64,000 nucleotides of DNA from a virus. Its lineage: Duplodnaviria > Caudoviricetes. The stretch lies in IMG/VR virus record IMGVR_UViG_2547132424_000002. One strand, 5' to 3'. The translations under genes and the position numbers were made by a program. Positions within the stretch are counted from its first letter, which is position 1. The number at the start of each line of letters is the position of its first letter. This document shows positions 44,340 through 54,394 of this stretch, in pieces. Under the pieces are notes generated by a model. That model was given only the letters and a program-made list of their open reading frames with translations. It had not been told where the DNA came from and did not search any database.

Positions 44340-44420
44340 TGGGGGGACCCCCTGCCCCGGCCGTCAGCCGCCGGAGACAGGTGCTGCAGATGAGGAGCCG
44401 TACGGTTCCCCCAATTTCAG
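44340..44420. other. Candidate cos (cohesive end) region; cut site near 44371-44382
   Basis: GGGGGGACCCCC...CCGGAGACAGG-TGCTGCAG...CGTACGG between HNH and terminase genes, as in cos-type actinophages. Confidence 0.5.
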
Positions 44421-44546
44421 ATCGTTGCAGGTCAGAGGCTTGCGGCGGGGTGCGGGCGCGGCGGACGCCGCGCGCCCCCTCGGACTGTCGAAGCAAATGT
44501 GCTGGTAGGCGAGAAGTAACGTCACACTTCCGGTAGAGTCGGTGGT

Positions 44547-45116
44547 GTGAGTCGAGTGGACACCGAGTGCCAGCAGTGTGGCGAGAAGCTGGATATCCAG
44601 CGCTCGTGCCGCCCTGCGCGGTACTGCTCGGGCCGCTGCCGCACCGCCGCCTACCGGGCGCGCAAAGTGCGCGTCCCGAAGGAACTCCGCACCCAGAAGC
44701 GCTGGGTGCGCTGGACCCGTGGCAAGCGCCCGATCCAGCCCGACGGCAGCCCCGCCTCGACCGGCGTCCCCGGCACCTGGACCTCCTACGCCCGGGTGCG
44801 TGAGCACACCCAGATCGGCTATGTGCTCGGCGACGGGGTCGGCTGCATCGACCTCGACCACTGCCTGACCAGCGACGGAAAGCTCACTGCCGCAGCGGAG
44901 CGGTTCCTCGAGCAGATGCCGTCGACGTGGATCGAAGTCTCGCCGTCCGGCGATGGCCTGCACATCTGGGGTCGCCTGCCCGAATCCGTGGGCAGGCGAA
45001 TCGTCCAGGACGACGGCCTGCACGTGGAGACCTACTCCCGCGGCCGCTACATCACGGTCACCGGCAAGCGCTTCCGCAACGCGCCGTGCCGCCTGGCCGC
45101 TCTCCCGGTTCCCTGA
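44547..45116 (+). CDS. Zn-finger plus primase/polymerase (AEP/Prim-Pol-like) domain protein
   Basis: RYCSGRCR; W......KRP...G..AS...P.TW; IDLDHC; EVSPSGDGLHIWG; VE.YS.GRYITVTG. Confidence 0.75.
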   Translation: MSRVDTECQQCGEKLDIQRSCRPARYCSGRCRTAAYRARKVRVPKELRTQKRWVRWTRGKRPIQPDGSPASTGVPGTWTSYARVREHTQIGYVLGDGVGCIDLDHCLTSDGKLTAAAERFLEQMPSTWIEVSPSGDGLHIWGRLPESVGRRIVQDDGLHVETYSRGRYITVTGKRFRNAPCRLAALPVP

Positions 45117-45200
45117 CCCTGCTGGTCGGCCGCGAAGGGCGTGCCGACCATCCCCCGAAACGGGTGGGTGGCTCTCCATCTCCCGAAACGGGGTCCCGCC

Positions 45201-45647
45201 ATGCCGCAACGCAAAAAGCACCCGGGCACTCGCGCCCGCAGAAACACCGCCTCCACCGCAGCAGTCCTCGCCGGCGACGGTCCGGACGCTGTGATCCGGC
45301 CCGACCTGCCCGACCGCGACGGGGGCTGGCACGCCCAGACCGTGGCCTGGTGGGACGACATGTGGGCATCGCCGATGGCCGGCGAGTACATCGACGCGGA
45401 CAAGCACGCGCTCTACATGCTCGCGGTGCTGATCGACGATTTCTGGCTCGAGCCCAGCCAGAAGCTCGCCGCGGAGATCCGGCTACAGCGCGCCGCGTTC
45501 GGCCTCACCCCGTACGACCGGCGGCGCCTCGAGTGGACGATCGAAACCACCGAGGAGGCCAAGGAACGCGGCGATCGTCGACGGCAGAACGCGGGCGTGC
45601 AACAGCCACCCGAAGCCGCCGACCCGCGCCTAGCCCTCGTGAAGTAG
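45201..45647 (+). CDS. Terminase small subunit
   Basis: W...W.SPMA...EIRLQ...FGLTP.DRRRL; precedes the large subunit. Confidence 0.85.
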   Translation: MPQRKKHPGTRARRNTASTAAVLAGDGPDAVIRPDLPDRDGGWHAQTVAWWDDMWASPMAGEYIDADKHALYMLAVLIDDFWLEPSQKLAAEIRLQRAAFGLTPYDRRRLEWTIETTEEAKERGDRRRQNAGVQQPPEAADPRLALVK

Positions 45648-45654
45648 ACCGCCG

Positions 45655-47301
45655 GTGGCGGTCCTCATCGTTCCGCCTCTCGATCTGACCTACCCGACAC
45701 TCGGGCCCGACCTCGCCGATTTCATCGAGGAACGGATGGTGTTCGGTCCTGGGTCGCTGGCGGGCGAACCGGCGGTCCTCGACGCCGAGAAGCGCGCCGC
45801 GCTGTACCGGCTGTATGAGATCTATCCGCAGGGCCATCCGCTGCAGGGGCGGCGCCGCTTCAACCAGGGCGCGATCGAGTGGCGCAAGGGCATGGCCAAG
45901 ACGGAGTTCGCGGCGTGGGTGTGCGGGCTGGAGCTCCACCCCGAAGCGCCGGTCCGCTGCGACGGCTTCAACGCCGCCGGCGAACCGGTCGGGCGCCCGG
46001 TGAAATTCCCGTACATCCCGATGATGGCGGTCACCGAGGAACAGGTGAGCGAGCTCGCCTACGGCGTGCTCTGCTACGTCCTCGAGCACAGCCCCGACGC
46101 GGACCTGTTCGACATCGGCGCCGACCGGATCATCCGTCTCGGCCGCAACGGCGCCCCGGAGGGCCGCGCGGTGCCGGTGTCGAACGCGCCGGGTAGCCGA
46201 GACGGTGCGCTCACGACCTTCCAGCACTTCGACGAGCCGCACCGGCTGTACCTGCCGTCGCAGGTCGGCGCGCACGAAACGATGATGCAGAACCTGTCGA
46301 AGCGGGCGCTGGAAGATCCGTGGAGCTTCTACACCTCCACCGCGGGCAAGCCCGGACAGAAGAGCATCCAGGAGAGCCTGCGCACGGGCGCCGAACGCAT
46401 CGAGCGCGGCGAGGTCGAGAAGCCGAAGATGTTCTTCTTCGGCCGCTGGGCCGGACCAGAGCACGACGATCTCAGCACCGTCGAGAAACGCGTCGCGGCA
46501 ATTGCGGAGGCAACCGGCCCGGCCGGTGAATACGGCCCCGGGCAGTTCCAGTCGATCGCCGAGGACTACGACCGCGAAGGCTGTGACCGGGCCTACTGGG
46601 AGCGGGTCTACCTCAACCGCTGGCGTGCCGGCGGAAACCAGGCCTTCAACCTCCCCAAGATCCGCGCCAACCTCGTCCGGGCCGCCGGAACTGTCATCCC
46701 GCCGGGCGCCTTCGTCGTCGGCGGGTTCGACGGCGCGCGGATGCGGGACTCGACCGGCCTGGTGCTCACCGACATCCAGACCGGTCTGCAGCAGTGCGTG
46801 GCCCACTGGCAGCGCCCCGAGGGCGTCGAGGAATGGGAGGTCGACGAGGCCGAGGTGACCGCAGCGTTCGAGGACGTCATGGACCGCTACGAGGTCTGGA
46901 AGGTCTACGCCGATCCGCCGCATTGGACCGCGACGCTCGGCGACTTCTCGGTGCGCTGGCCGGAACGGATCGAAGAGTGGTGGACCCACCGGCAGAAGCC
47001 CATGGCCTACGCGCTGCGCGAGTACATCGAGGGCCAGGACGCCGGTCTCGTCTCCTACGGCGGCACCCCGAAGCAGATCGACGTCATGATCGACCACCTC
47101 GGCAACGCCGAACGCAAGGAACTCCGGCTCTACGACGACCAGGGATTTCCGCTGTACATCCTGCAGAAACCCGAAGGCCGCCAGGACTGCAAGATCGACC
47201 TCTCCGTCTGCGGCGTCCTGTCCTGGAAAGCCTGCCTCGACGCCCGCAAAGCGGGTGCGAAACCCCGCCCGAAAGCCCGCGCCCCGAGGCGCCTGTATTG
47301 A
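45655..47301 (+). CDS. Terminase large subunit
   Basis: RKGMAKTE Walker A, FDEPH Walker B, GFDG..RDST, KID nuclease motifs. Confidence 0.95.
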   Translation: MAVLIVPPLDLTYPTLGPDLADFIEERMVFGPGSLAGEPAVLDAEKRAALYRLYEIYPQGHPLQGRRRFNQGAIEWRKGMAKTEFAAWVCGLELHPEAPVRCDGFNAAGEPVGRPVKFPYIPMMAVTEEQVSELAYGVLCYVLEHSPDADLFDIGADRIIRLGRNGAPEGRAVPVSNAPGSRDGALTTFQHFDEPHRLYLPSQVGAHETMMQNLSKRALEDPWSFYTSTAGKPGQKSIQESLRTGAERIERGEVEKPKMFFFGRWAGPEHDDLSTVEKRVAAIAEATGPAGEYGPGQFQSIAEDYDREGCDRAYWERVYLNRWRAGGNQAFNLPKIRANLVRAAGTVIPPGAFVVGGFDGARMRDSTGLVLTDIQTGLQQCVAHWQRPEGVEEWEVDEAEVTAAFEDVMDRYEVWKVYADPPHWTATLGDFSVRWPERIEEWWTHRQKPMAYALREYIEGQDAGLVSYGGTPKQIDVMIDHLGNAERKELRLYDDQGFPLYILQKPEGRQDCKIDLSVCGVLSWKACLDARKAGAKPRPKARAPRRLY

Positions 47302-47319
47302 GCGTGAGGAGGGAGCTCG

Positions 47320-48741
47320 ATGCTCAACAGCCCCGACCGGACACCGGCCGAATGGCTCCCGATCCTGACCCGTCGCCTCGATCTCGATATGTCGCGGATG
47401 CGGCTGCTCGAGCGGTACCTCGAAGGTGATGCACCACTCCCGGAGGCCGCGCGTAGCCAGCGCGCCTCCTGGCAGAAGTTCCAGGCCGAAGCGCGGACCA
47501 ACTGGGCAGAGCTGATCGTCGAATCGAGTGGCGACCGCATCGTCCCGAACGGCATCGAGGTTGCGGGCAGCACCGACAGTCCGGAAGCGAAACGGGCACA
47601 ACGGATCTGGCTGAACAACCGGATGGATCTCGTGTTCGGGTCCGCGGTCCGCGACATGCTCGCCTACGGCGAGGGCATCCTCACCGGCTGGTTCGACCCG
47701 GACGGTCGTAAGGCGGTCATCACTGCGGCGAGCCCGCTGACGACGGTCGCCGCGACCGATCCGCAGCAGCCGTGGCGAGTGCGCGCGGCGTTCAAGTGGT
47801 GGCGCGATCTCGACCTGGCGCAGGACGGGGCGATCGTCTGGATTCACGGCGGCTACCAGCTGTTCTCACGCCCTTGCTACACCGACCAGCAGACCAAGCG
47901 CCGCAGGCTCTACACCACGGCCTCCGGTGGCTGGCGTGAGAACGGTGACGCGGTGATCACGGGCAAGGAACCGCCCGTGGTGTTGCTCCAGAATCCTCGC
48001 GGATTCGGCGAGTACGAAACCCATTTGGACCTGATCAACCGAATCAATCGGGGCATCCTGCACCGGCTGCATATCTCAGCGATGCAGGCATACAAGCAGC
48101 GAGCGCTCAAGACGGCCGAGGGCAGCGAGGGCCTGCCGGACAAGGACGATAAGGGCAACGACATCGACTACGCGAAGCTTTTCGAGCCCGCGCCGGGTGC
48201 GCTGTGGGATCTGCCTCCGGGGATCGACATCTGGGAGTCCGCGGCGACCGATATCCGGCCGCTGCTCGAAGGATCCATGCAGGACATCCGGCAGCTGGCC
48301 GGTGTCACCCGCACTCCGGTGTCGGTGCTGATCCCGGATTCGGCGAACCAGGCGGCCGCGGGCGCGGCGCTGACCAAAGAGGGCCTGATCACCAAGTGCG
48401 GCAAGCTCGTCACCGTCTCCGCGACGGCAGCGGCCGCGATTCTGGTGAAGGCCCTCGATATCGAAGGTGTCGCCCTGGGCGACGAGCAGCCGCTGACTGT
48501 GCTGTTCAAACCGCCGGACCAGGTATCGCTCACCGAGAAGTACGCGGCCGCGCTGCAGGCCCGCAATGCAGGAGAGTCGTGGGCGTCGATCGCGCGCAAC
48601 ATCCTCGGCTACTCGCCGGAGCAGATCGCGCAGGATGCCTTGGACCGTGCGCAGGAACAGCTCGCGCAGGCGCTGTACGCGCCCGCGCCGCCGCCCAACC
48701 CGCAGCCGATCGCGGCCGGAAATGGCGTCCCCGCAGTCTGA
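47320..48741 (+). CDS. Portal protein
   Basis: NWAELIV...DR, W..N.MD, PVV...N..G.GEYE...RIN; position after terminase. Confidence 0.92.
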   Translation: MLNSPDRTPAEWLPILTRRLDLDMSRMRLLERYLEGDAPLPEAARSQRASWQKFQAEARTNWAELIVESSGDRIVPNGIEVAGSTDSPEAKRAQRIWLNNRMDLVFGSAVRDMLAYGEGILTGWFDPDGRKAVITAASPLTTVAATDPQQPWRVRAAFKWWRDLDLAQDGAIVWIHGGYQLFSRPCYTDQQTKRRRLYTTASGGWRENGDAVITGKEPPVVLLQNPRGFGEYETHLDLINRINRGILHRLHISAMQAYKQRALKTAEGSEGLPDKDDKGNDIDYAKLFEPAPGALWDLPPGIDIWESAATDIRPLLEGSMQDIRQLAGVTRTPVSVLIPDSANQAAAGAALTKEGLITKCGKLVTVSATAAAAILVKALDIEGVALGDEQPLTVLFKPPDQVSLTEKYAAALQARNAGESWASIARNILGYSPEQIAQDALDRAQEQLAQALYAPAPPPNPQPIAAGNGVPAV

Positions 48742-49672
48742 TCCGGCCACGGCCTACAGCGACACCACGACACGCACCCGGGCGCAGCTACTCGCCTACG
48801 CGGTTGCGGCGTGGGCGGCGATGCCCGACTACCGCGACACCAACATGGCTGCGTTCATCTCGGCGCTGGTGCCGCGGGTGCGCGCCGGGCAGCTCGCGGT
48901 TGCGAACCTGACCTCGGTGCGGATGGCGCAACTCGCGTCCGGGCCCGCGCACGCACGGCAGCTCTCGCCCGCCCACCAGGTTTCGATCGTGCCGGCGCCT
49001 GTGTCGGGGAGCGAGCCCACTGCCGGGCAGCCGGGCCAGTTCATGGCGGCGCCGGGGCAGTCCGCGACGCCGCGGCTGGTGCACTCGGTGCCGCGGCTGG
49101 TGCGCCCGGCCGGGCAGGTGCATCCGGTGCTGGTGGATCCGACGCTCGTCCAGGGCGGTCGGGGGGTGCCCGCTGAGCAGGTCTATCGGCGTCCGGCGGT
49201 GGAGGTGTACACCGCGCTGTCGAAAGACGTCGCGCTCGAGGAGGCGGTGCAGCGGGGGCAGACCCGGCTGGAATCGCTGATCGCGACGGATCTGCAAATG
49301 GCCAAGGTGCGCCAGGCCGACGCCAGCCTGAAAGCGTCCGGAAAGAAATACTTCCGGCGCGTGCTCAAGGGCGAGCACAACTGCGCGCTGTGCATCATCG
49401 CGTCCACCCAGCGGTACCGCGTCGGCGAACTCATGCCTATCCATCCCGGCTGTGACTGCGAAGTCGAACCCTTGGACGACCCGCACACGCCCCTGATCCT
49501 TGACCGGGAATTGCTCGAAGCCACACACCAGATGGTCAAGGAATTCGGCGCTGACAGCAATCGGTCCGCTAAGGGATATCGGGATCTGATCGTCACCCAC
49601 GAGCACGGCGAAATAGGGCCGGTTATGGCGTGGCGGAAACAGAAATTCGCTGGACCGGCCAGCGTCCACTGA
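48722..49672 (+). CDS. Capsid maturation / MuF-like minor head protein
   Basis: RRV..G..NC.LC..ASTQRY.....PIHP.CDC.VEP. Confidence 0.8.
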   Translation: MASPQSDPATAYSDTTTRTRAQLLAYAVAAWAAMPDYRDTNMAAFISALVPRVRAGQLAVANLTSVRMAQLASGPAHARQLSPAHQVSIVPAPVSGSEPTAGQPGQFMAAPGQSATPRLVHSVPRLVRPAGQVHPVLVDPTLVQGGRGVPAEQVYRRPAVEVYTALSKDVALEEAVQRGQTRLESLIATDLQMAKVRQADASLKASGKKYFRRVLKGEHNCALCIIASTQRYRVGELMPIHPGCDCEVEPLDDPHTPLILDRELLEATHQMVKEFGADSNRSAKGYRDLIVTHEHGEIGPVMAWRKQKFAGPASVH

Positions 49673-49745
49673 CTTTCCGGCCCATTCGGGACGGAATTCG
49701 CGCGGAACGCGCAACCACTCTCACGAAACGTAGGAGTTATTTCGC

Positions 49746-50414
49746 ATGACTAATCCTGCCAACCCCCCCGCGCAGACCGAAACCGCCACCACTGCCGAGC
49801 CGGTGCCCCCGACCGAACCGGCTCAGGTGACGGAACCGGTGAAAGAGCCCGCGGCGCCGGTCGAGCCGGCAACGGGCGAACCTGCCGACCCGGGCGCTGC
49901 GGCGACGGGGACCGATCCGCTGGCCGAGATCCAGCGATTGCAGGCCGAAGCCAACAAGTGGCAGGCCCTGAGCAGGAAGAACGAGGCCCGCGCGAAGGAG
50001 AACGCGGACAAGGCCCAGAAGTACACCGAGATCGAGGAAGCCAACAAGACCGAGGTACAGCGCCTCACCGACCGCGTGCAGAAGGCCGAAACGGAGCTGC
50101 AGCAAGCGCGGACTCTGGCGCTGCGGGCGGAGAAATCCGCTTCCACCGGTGTGCCGATGGCTCTGATCCCGTCGGGGACGGAAGACGAAATGGATTCCGC
50201 CATCGCCGCATATCAGGGTGCTCTTTCCGCCGCTCTGAATTCTCGTAACGCTCAAACCCCACCAGCCGCTCCCGCGAATCTCGTGACCGCTCCCGAAGGG
50301 TCCACGAAAGTCAAGCAGCTGACCCGGGCAGATCTTCAATCCATGTCCCCCCAGGAAATCGTCCAGGCGAAGAACGACGGGCGCTTGAACGAGCTATTGG
50401 GGAAATCCACTTAA
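49746..50414 (+). CDS. Scaffolding protein
   Basis: P/E/T-rich N-terminus, KWQALSRK.E.RAKEN coiled coil. Confidence 0.85.
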   Translation: MTNPANPPAQTETATTAEPVPPTEPAQVTEPVKEPAAPVEPATGEPADPGAAATGTDPLAEIQRLQAEANKWQALSRKNEARAKENADKAQKYTEIEEANKTEVQRLTDRVQKAETELQQARTLALRAEKSASTGVPMALIPSGTEDEMDSAIAAYQGALSAALNSRNAQTPPAAPANLVTAPEGSTKVKQLTRADLQSMSPQEIVQAKNDGRLNELLGKST

Positions 50415-50425
50415 AGGAGTGATAA

Positions 50426-51247
50426 ATGGCTATCACGCATTTCATCCCCGAACTGTGGGCCGCTCAGATGCTCGACCGGTGGACTGCCATGACCATTTTC
50501 GCGAATCTCGTGAATCGCGAATATGAGGGCATCGCCGCGAAGGGCAACACCGTGCACATCACCGGTGTTGTGGCCCCCGCAGTGAAGGACTACAAGGGCA
50601 ACAACCGGACCACGTCAGCTGACGCGATCAGCGACACCGGAATCGACCTGCTCATCGACCAGGAAAAGAATTTCGATTTCTATGTCGATGACATCGACCG
50701 CGTGCAGGCGGCCGGTTCGCTGGACCCCTACACCGACGCCGCCGGCGACGGCCTGGCTCAGGACACCGACCAGTTCCTGGCCAACGTGCTGGTCGACCAC
50801 GGCACCGCGCTGCCGGGCACCGCGCCGAGTGACGGCGACGACGCTTTCGATCTGGTGCGCGATGCGCGCAAGGCACTGAACAAGGCCAACGCGCCCGCCG
50901 ACGGTCGTGTGCTCGTGGTCAACGCCGAATTCGAGGGTTTGCTGCTCGGTGCCAACAGCAAGCTGACCGCGTTCGACACCTCCGGTGATGGCGCCGGTCT
51001 GCGGCAGGGCACCGTGGGCTCGCTGCTCGGTTTCCGGGTGGTGACCTCGAACAACCTGCCCGACACCGACAGCCCGCAGTTCATCGCGTTCTACCCGAGG
51101 GCCGCGGCGTACGTGTCGCAGATCGACACCGTGGAGGGCATGCGGGCCGACAACAAGTTCGCCGACCGAGTGCGTGGCTTGCACGTCTACGGCGGCAAGG
51201 TCGTCAAGCCCGAAGGCGTGCACGTCTTCAACCCGGCGGGTAGCTGA
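50426..51247 (+). CDS. Major capsid protein
   Basis: FIPELW......VNREYEG....GNTVHI, LLIDQ, G.LLGF.V..SN, DRVRGLHVYG.KV. Confidence 0.9.
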   Translation: MAITHFIPELWAAQMLDRWTAMTIFANLVNREYEGIAAKGNTVHITGVVAPAVKDYKGNNRTTSADAISDTGIDLLIDQEKNFDFYVDDIDRVQAAGSLDPYTDAAGDGLAQDTDQFLANVLVDHGTALPGTAPSDGDDAFDLVRDARKALNKANAPADGRVLVVNAEFEGLLLGANSKLTAFDTSGDGAGLRQGTVGSLLGFRVVTSNNLPDTDSPQFIAFYPRAAAYVSQIDTVEGMRADNKFADRVRGLHVYGGKVVKPEGVHVFNPAGS

Positions 51248-51248
51248 C

Positions 51249-51827
51249 TTGGATCCGCTGGCCACGGCGCAGGATGTCGAGACACAGCTCGGGCGAGACC
51301 TGACCGAAACGGAACAGGCCCGCGTGGAGGGCATCCTCGCCAAGGCCTCGGATCTGTTCCGGCGCAAGGCCCGTCAGGACTTCACCCTCGGAGAATCGAC
51401 GGTGCGGCTGAAATCGAACGGTGGTGAGATCCGGCTCGAGCAGGAGCCGGTCACCGCGGTGACGACGGTGGTCGACGACTGCGGTGCCGCGGTCGATCAC
51501 CGATGGGCAGGGCAGCTGCTGTGGGTGACCCGAAACGGGTGCCCGCTCGGCTCCCACGAATTTGTCACCGTCACCTACTCGCATGGCGGTGAGGTGCCGG
51601 ATCTGGTGCGTCAGACCATCGCCGAGGTCGTCGCCCGGGTGCTCAACGTCGACTCGCGCGCGCTGTCGGGCGTGGTCACCGCCACCGAAACCACCGGGCC
51701 GTTCAGCGAAACGCTGACGTATGCCGGGTGGGCGGTGGGTGGCCAGACGATGCTGTCGCCCGCGGATGAAGCGATCGCGTTGTCGTACCGGTATCCGGGC
51801 GGCCAGACGATTGTCCTCCGACCATGA
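51249..51827 (+). CDS. Head-to-tail adaptor
   Basis: LAT..DVE..LGR.LT..E..R...L..AS; position. Confidence 0.8.
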   Translation: MDPLATAQDVETQLGRDLTETEQARVEGILAKASDLFRRKARQDFTLGESTVRLKSNGGEIRLEQEPVTAVTTVVDDCGAAVDHRWAGQLLWVTRNGCPLGSHEFVTVTYSHGGEVPDLVRQTIAEVVARVLNVDSRALSGVVTATETTGPFSETLTYAGWAVGGQTMLSPADEAIALSYRYPGGQTIVLRP

Positions 51828-52165
51828 GTCATGGGATGAATTTCTCGTACGGTGAGACCGTAACGGTCTACAGGCCTGCAAAGGGCGACCGCACAGGAGA
51901 TCCCACCGGCTCACCGGCTCCCCACGATATCGAGAACTGCGCGATCGGGTGGGGCAACACCACCGAGAACCACGACGGCCGGGAAACCGTGCTGGCGTGG
52001 GTCGAAATGTATTGCCCGCCAGGCTCCGACATCAAGAACTCCGATCGCGTGAAGGTGCTGTCCAACGGCCGCACCTACACCGTCGACGGCGATCCGGTCA
52101 CCTGGCGCAGCCCCTACACCGGCAAACAACCCGGCATGGTCGTACGGCTGAAGGGGGTGTTCTGA
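51824..52165 (+). CDS. Head-to-tail stopper
   Basis: Y.PPGSDI...DRV.....Y.VDG.P..W..P; position. Confidence 0.8.
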   Translation: MSHGMNFSYGETVTVYRPAKGDRTGDPTGSPAPHDIENCAIGWGNTTENHDGRETVLAWVEMYCPPGSDIKNSDRVKVLSNGRTYTVDGDPVTWRSPYTGKQPGMVVRLKGVF

Positions 52166-52166
52166 G

Positions 52167-52475
52167 ATGGACGACATCTACATCGAGAACAGCTTCTTCC
52201 AGCTCTACGAGAAGGGCCCGGAGTGCCGGGCCGTGATCTGGCTGTCACTCGAGCTGTACGAGGCGATCTACCGGGAGATCGTGGCGAAACGCACCGGTCG
52301 CCTGGCCGCCTCCACACGCATCTGGACCGAACTCGAAAACGGCCGCTGGATGGGCGTCCTGTCCGCCAACGCCCCGTATACCGCCTCACACGAATTCGGC
52401 TACGACGACGATTCGGAGATCATCGCCGGTCATCACGAGCTCAACCGTGCCCTCGACATCATGGCGCGCGTATGA
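52167..52475 (+). CDS. Neck/tail-completion protein (HK97 gp10-like)
   Basis: KRTGRLA.S...Y...HEFG...H.L.RAL. Confidence 0.7.
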   Translation: MDDIYIENSFFQLYEKGPECRAVIWLSLELYEAIYREIVAKRTGRLAASTRIWTELENGRWMGVLSANAPYTASHEFGYDDDSEIIAGHHELNRALDIMARV

Positions 52476-53026
52476 GCAGCCTCCGGTTCCCCGACTGGTG
52501 GCGGGGAGGTTTCCCCGACCGCGAGCTGGTGGTCATGGATGCCCTGCAGCCGGTGCTGAACGTCATCGACGTCCTCGATGACGACGGAAACCAGGTGTAC
52601 GACAACGGCGTCGCACGACGGCCGCTGGCCTGCACGTGGCTGCCGGCCAACTACCGGGACGTCCTGCCGGTGATCCGCGTCTACCGCGGCGGCGGCGCCG
52701 CGGACACCGGAGCGCTCGCCGACCCGGCCTCGGTGCAGGTCGCCGCGATCGCCGCCACCCGCGCGGCATCGTGGGAGCTGATGGAGTACTGCCGCCAATG
52801 GCTGCTGTCGTATCAGTCCGGCGGCACCGTCTACCGCGCAGACGGGACCAGCACTCTGATCGATTCGGTAGCGGAAATGGTTGGCCCGCAGCAGATCCCG
52901 GAACTCAATCCCGATGACCGGATGGTGCCGCTCACCTTCCGAGTGGTGTGCCGTCGCCCGCGCGGTCTGCCCGATTACCAGAAGGTTCGCGAGGGCCTGC
53001 AGAAACTGTGGGCGCTCGCAAGCTGA
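52472..53026 (+). CDS. Tail terminator
   Basis: FPD.E..V, P.IRV.R.GG; position. Confidence 0.75.
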   Translation: MSSLRFPDWWRGGFPDRELVVMDALQPVLNVIDVLDDDGNQVYDNGVARRPLACTWLPANYRDVLPVIRVYRGGGAADTGALADPASVQVAAIAATRAASWELMEYCRQWLLSYQSGGTVYRADGTSTLIDSVAEMVGPQQIPELNPDDRMVPLTFRVVCRRPRGLPDYQKVREGLQKLWALAS

Positions 53027-53030
53027 CCGG

Positions 53031-53504
53031 TTATTGGACCAGGTTGAGCATGGAGTGGCCGGTCGCGTAGTCGGCGTCCAGGGCGACCGGCGAGTGCTGG
53101 CCGATGCGGACCTGCGCACCGCTGACACCGACCGGTGCCTTCGGGATCTCGAACGACAACTGGCAGGTGTAGCGGGTGTCGGGGCCGGTGCTCGTGTTGG
53201 TCTCGGTGACTTTGCCGGTGGCGATGACCTTGTCCGAGCCGTCCAGCATCGACACGACGGCTCCCTTGGCCACATCGGCGAATGGGCCGATGCCGGTGCA
53301 GCCGAAGCTGAACGGGTTCGCATCCGTCGCGAGTTCGGCGGGCCGGATCAGGCTGCCGTTGTCCTCTTGAAACGCGAATCCGGACGACAGCACGAAGGCC
53401 CCCGTCGTCGTCGCGGTCGGAGTCGATGAATCACCGCACGCCGCGATCACCGTGCACGACATCGCGGCGATCAGTGCAGAAGTCAAGCGGCACGAGGTGC
53501 CCAT
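53031..53504 (-). CDS. Lipoprotein (antisense moron)
   Basis: Signal peptide with lipobox IAA-C23, S/T linker; only well-supported minus-strand gene. Confidence 0.75.
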   Translation of the reverse strand: MGTSCRLTSALIAAMSCTVIAACGDSSTPTATTTGAFVLSSGFAFQEDNGSLIRPAELATDANPFSFGCTGIGPFADVAKGAVVSMLDGSDKVIATGKVTETNTSTGPDTRYTCQLSFEIPKAPVGVSGAQVRIGQHSPVALDADYATGHSMLNLVQ

Positions 53505-53640
53505 AGCGGTGCCCCCAGGAGCTGAGACGGGTCGGCCCAGGGGCCGAAAAGTCCGCTCAGTTTAGCCACCCAGTTCCCTCCCCGCACCGCAATCCCGGTG
53601 TGGGGATTCACGCCCCCATGTCGCGGGGCGGAAGGAGAGC

Positions 53641-54309
53641 ATGATCATGAGTGATTTCGCCAGCGAAGTCCGGCAGGGCAATCCGGATCTCGAACTCGCC
53701 GTACTCGATTGGGCGATCTACCTTGCGCCCAAGAACACGGCGATTCCGGCCGCGTTCACCGATTCGGCCGGCGTGATTCTGCCGCTGCCCGACCTGTATA
53801 TCCCGGTCGGCAACCTCGACAAAAAGGCCGGCGCGAAGATCGCCACGGCGATCAACAGCACCCCGGTCGAGACCTACGGCGAGCAGGGCCCGACTCGCAT
53901 CATCCGCAAGTCCAGGGATACCACCGTCGATTTCACGATGCAGGAAACTTCCGCGGTCAGCCTGGGCGCGTTCTGGGGCCAGGACTTCACGGATGCGAAG
54001 TCCAATCCGTCCTCAGGTGAGGTGAACCTCACCATCAGCGAGTCCGCATTCAATCTCGAGTATTCGCTGATCATGATCGGTTTCGACGGTGAAGTGGACG
54101 CCGAAATCTACACGATTCTCGATTCCGGTCGCGCCACGCTGCAGAAGAGCGGTGACATCACCACCAACGACGACGGGATCCAGATGTACCCCGTCACGCT
54201 GCAGCTGCTCAAGCACAAGACCCTCGGCTACGCGACCCGCATCTCCTACGCGGGCAAGGGCTGGAAGCCGCTCGCGCCCGCCGCGGGCTTCGCCGCGGAC
54301 GCGAGCTGA
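53641..54309 (+). CDS. Major tail protein
   Basis: GAAGGAG SD; position before chaperones. Confidence 0.85.
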   Translation: MIMSDFASEVRQGNPDLELAVLDWAIYLAPKNTAIPAAFTDSAGVILPLPDLYIPVGNLDKKAGAKIATAINSTPVETYGEQGPTRIIRKSRDTTVDFTMQETSAVSLGAFWGQDFTDAKSNPSSGEVNLTISESAFNLEYSLIMIGFDGEVDAEIYTILDSGRATLQKSGDITTNDDGIQMYPVTLQLLKHKTLGYATRISYAGKGWKPLAPAAGFAADAS

Positions 54310-54314
54310 CAGAC

Positions 54315-54353
54315 GCCGTCTGCACCCCGATCCCCGGCAGGGGTGCAGACGGC
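54315..54353 (+). terminator. 14-bp hairpin after the major tail gene
   Basis: GCCGTCTGCACCCC / GGGGTGCAGACGGC. Confidence 0.6.
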
Positions 54354-54394
54354 TCTGATCAGCCGGGGAAATCTATTGCCGGGGAGGCAAACCC

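Noticed and set aside
45505-47847. Long minus-strand ORFs (also 39970-41232, 56110-58194, 58222-59664 and many others)
   Set aside because: Antisense shadows of high-GC3 plus-strand genes with no recognisable motifs
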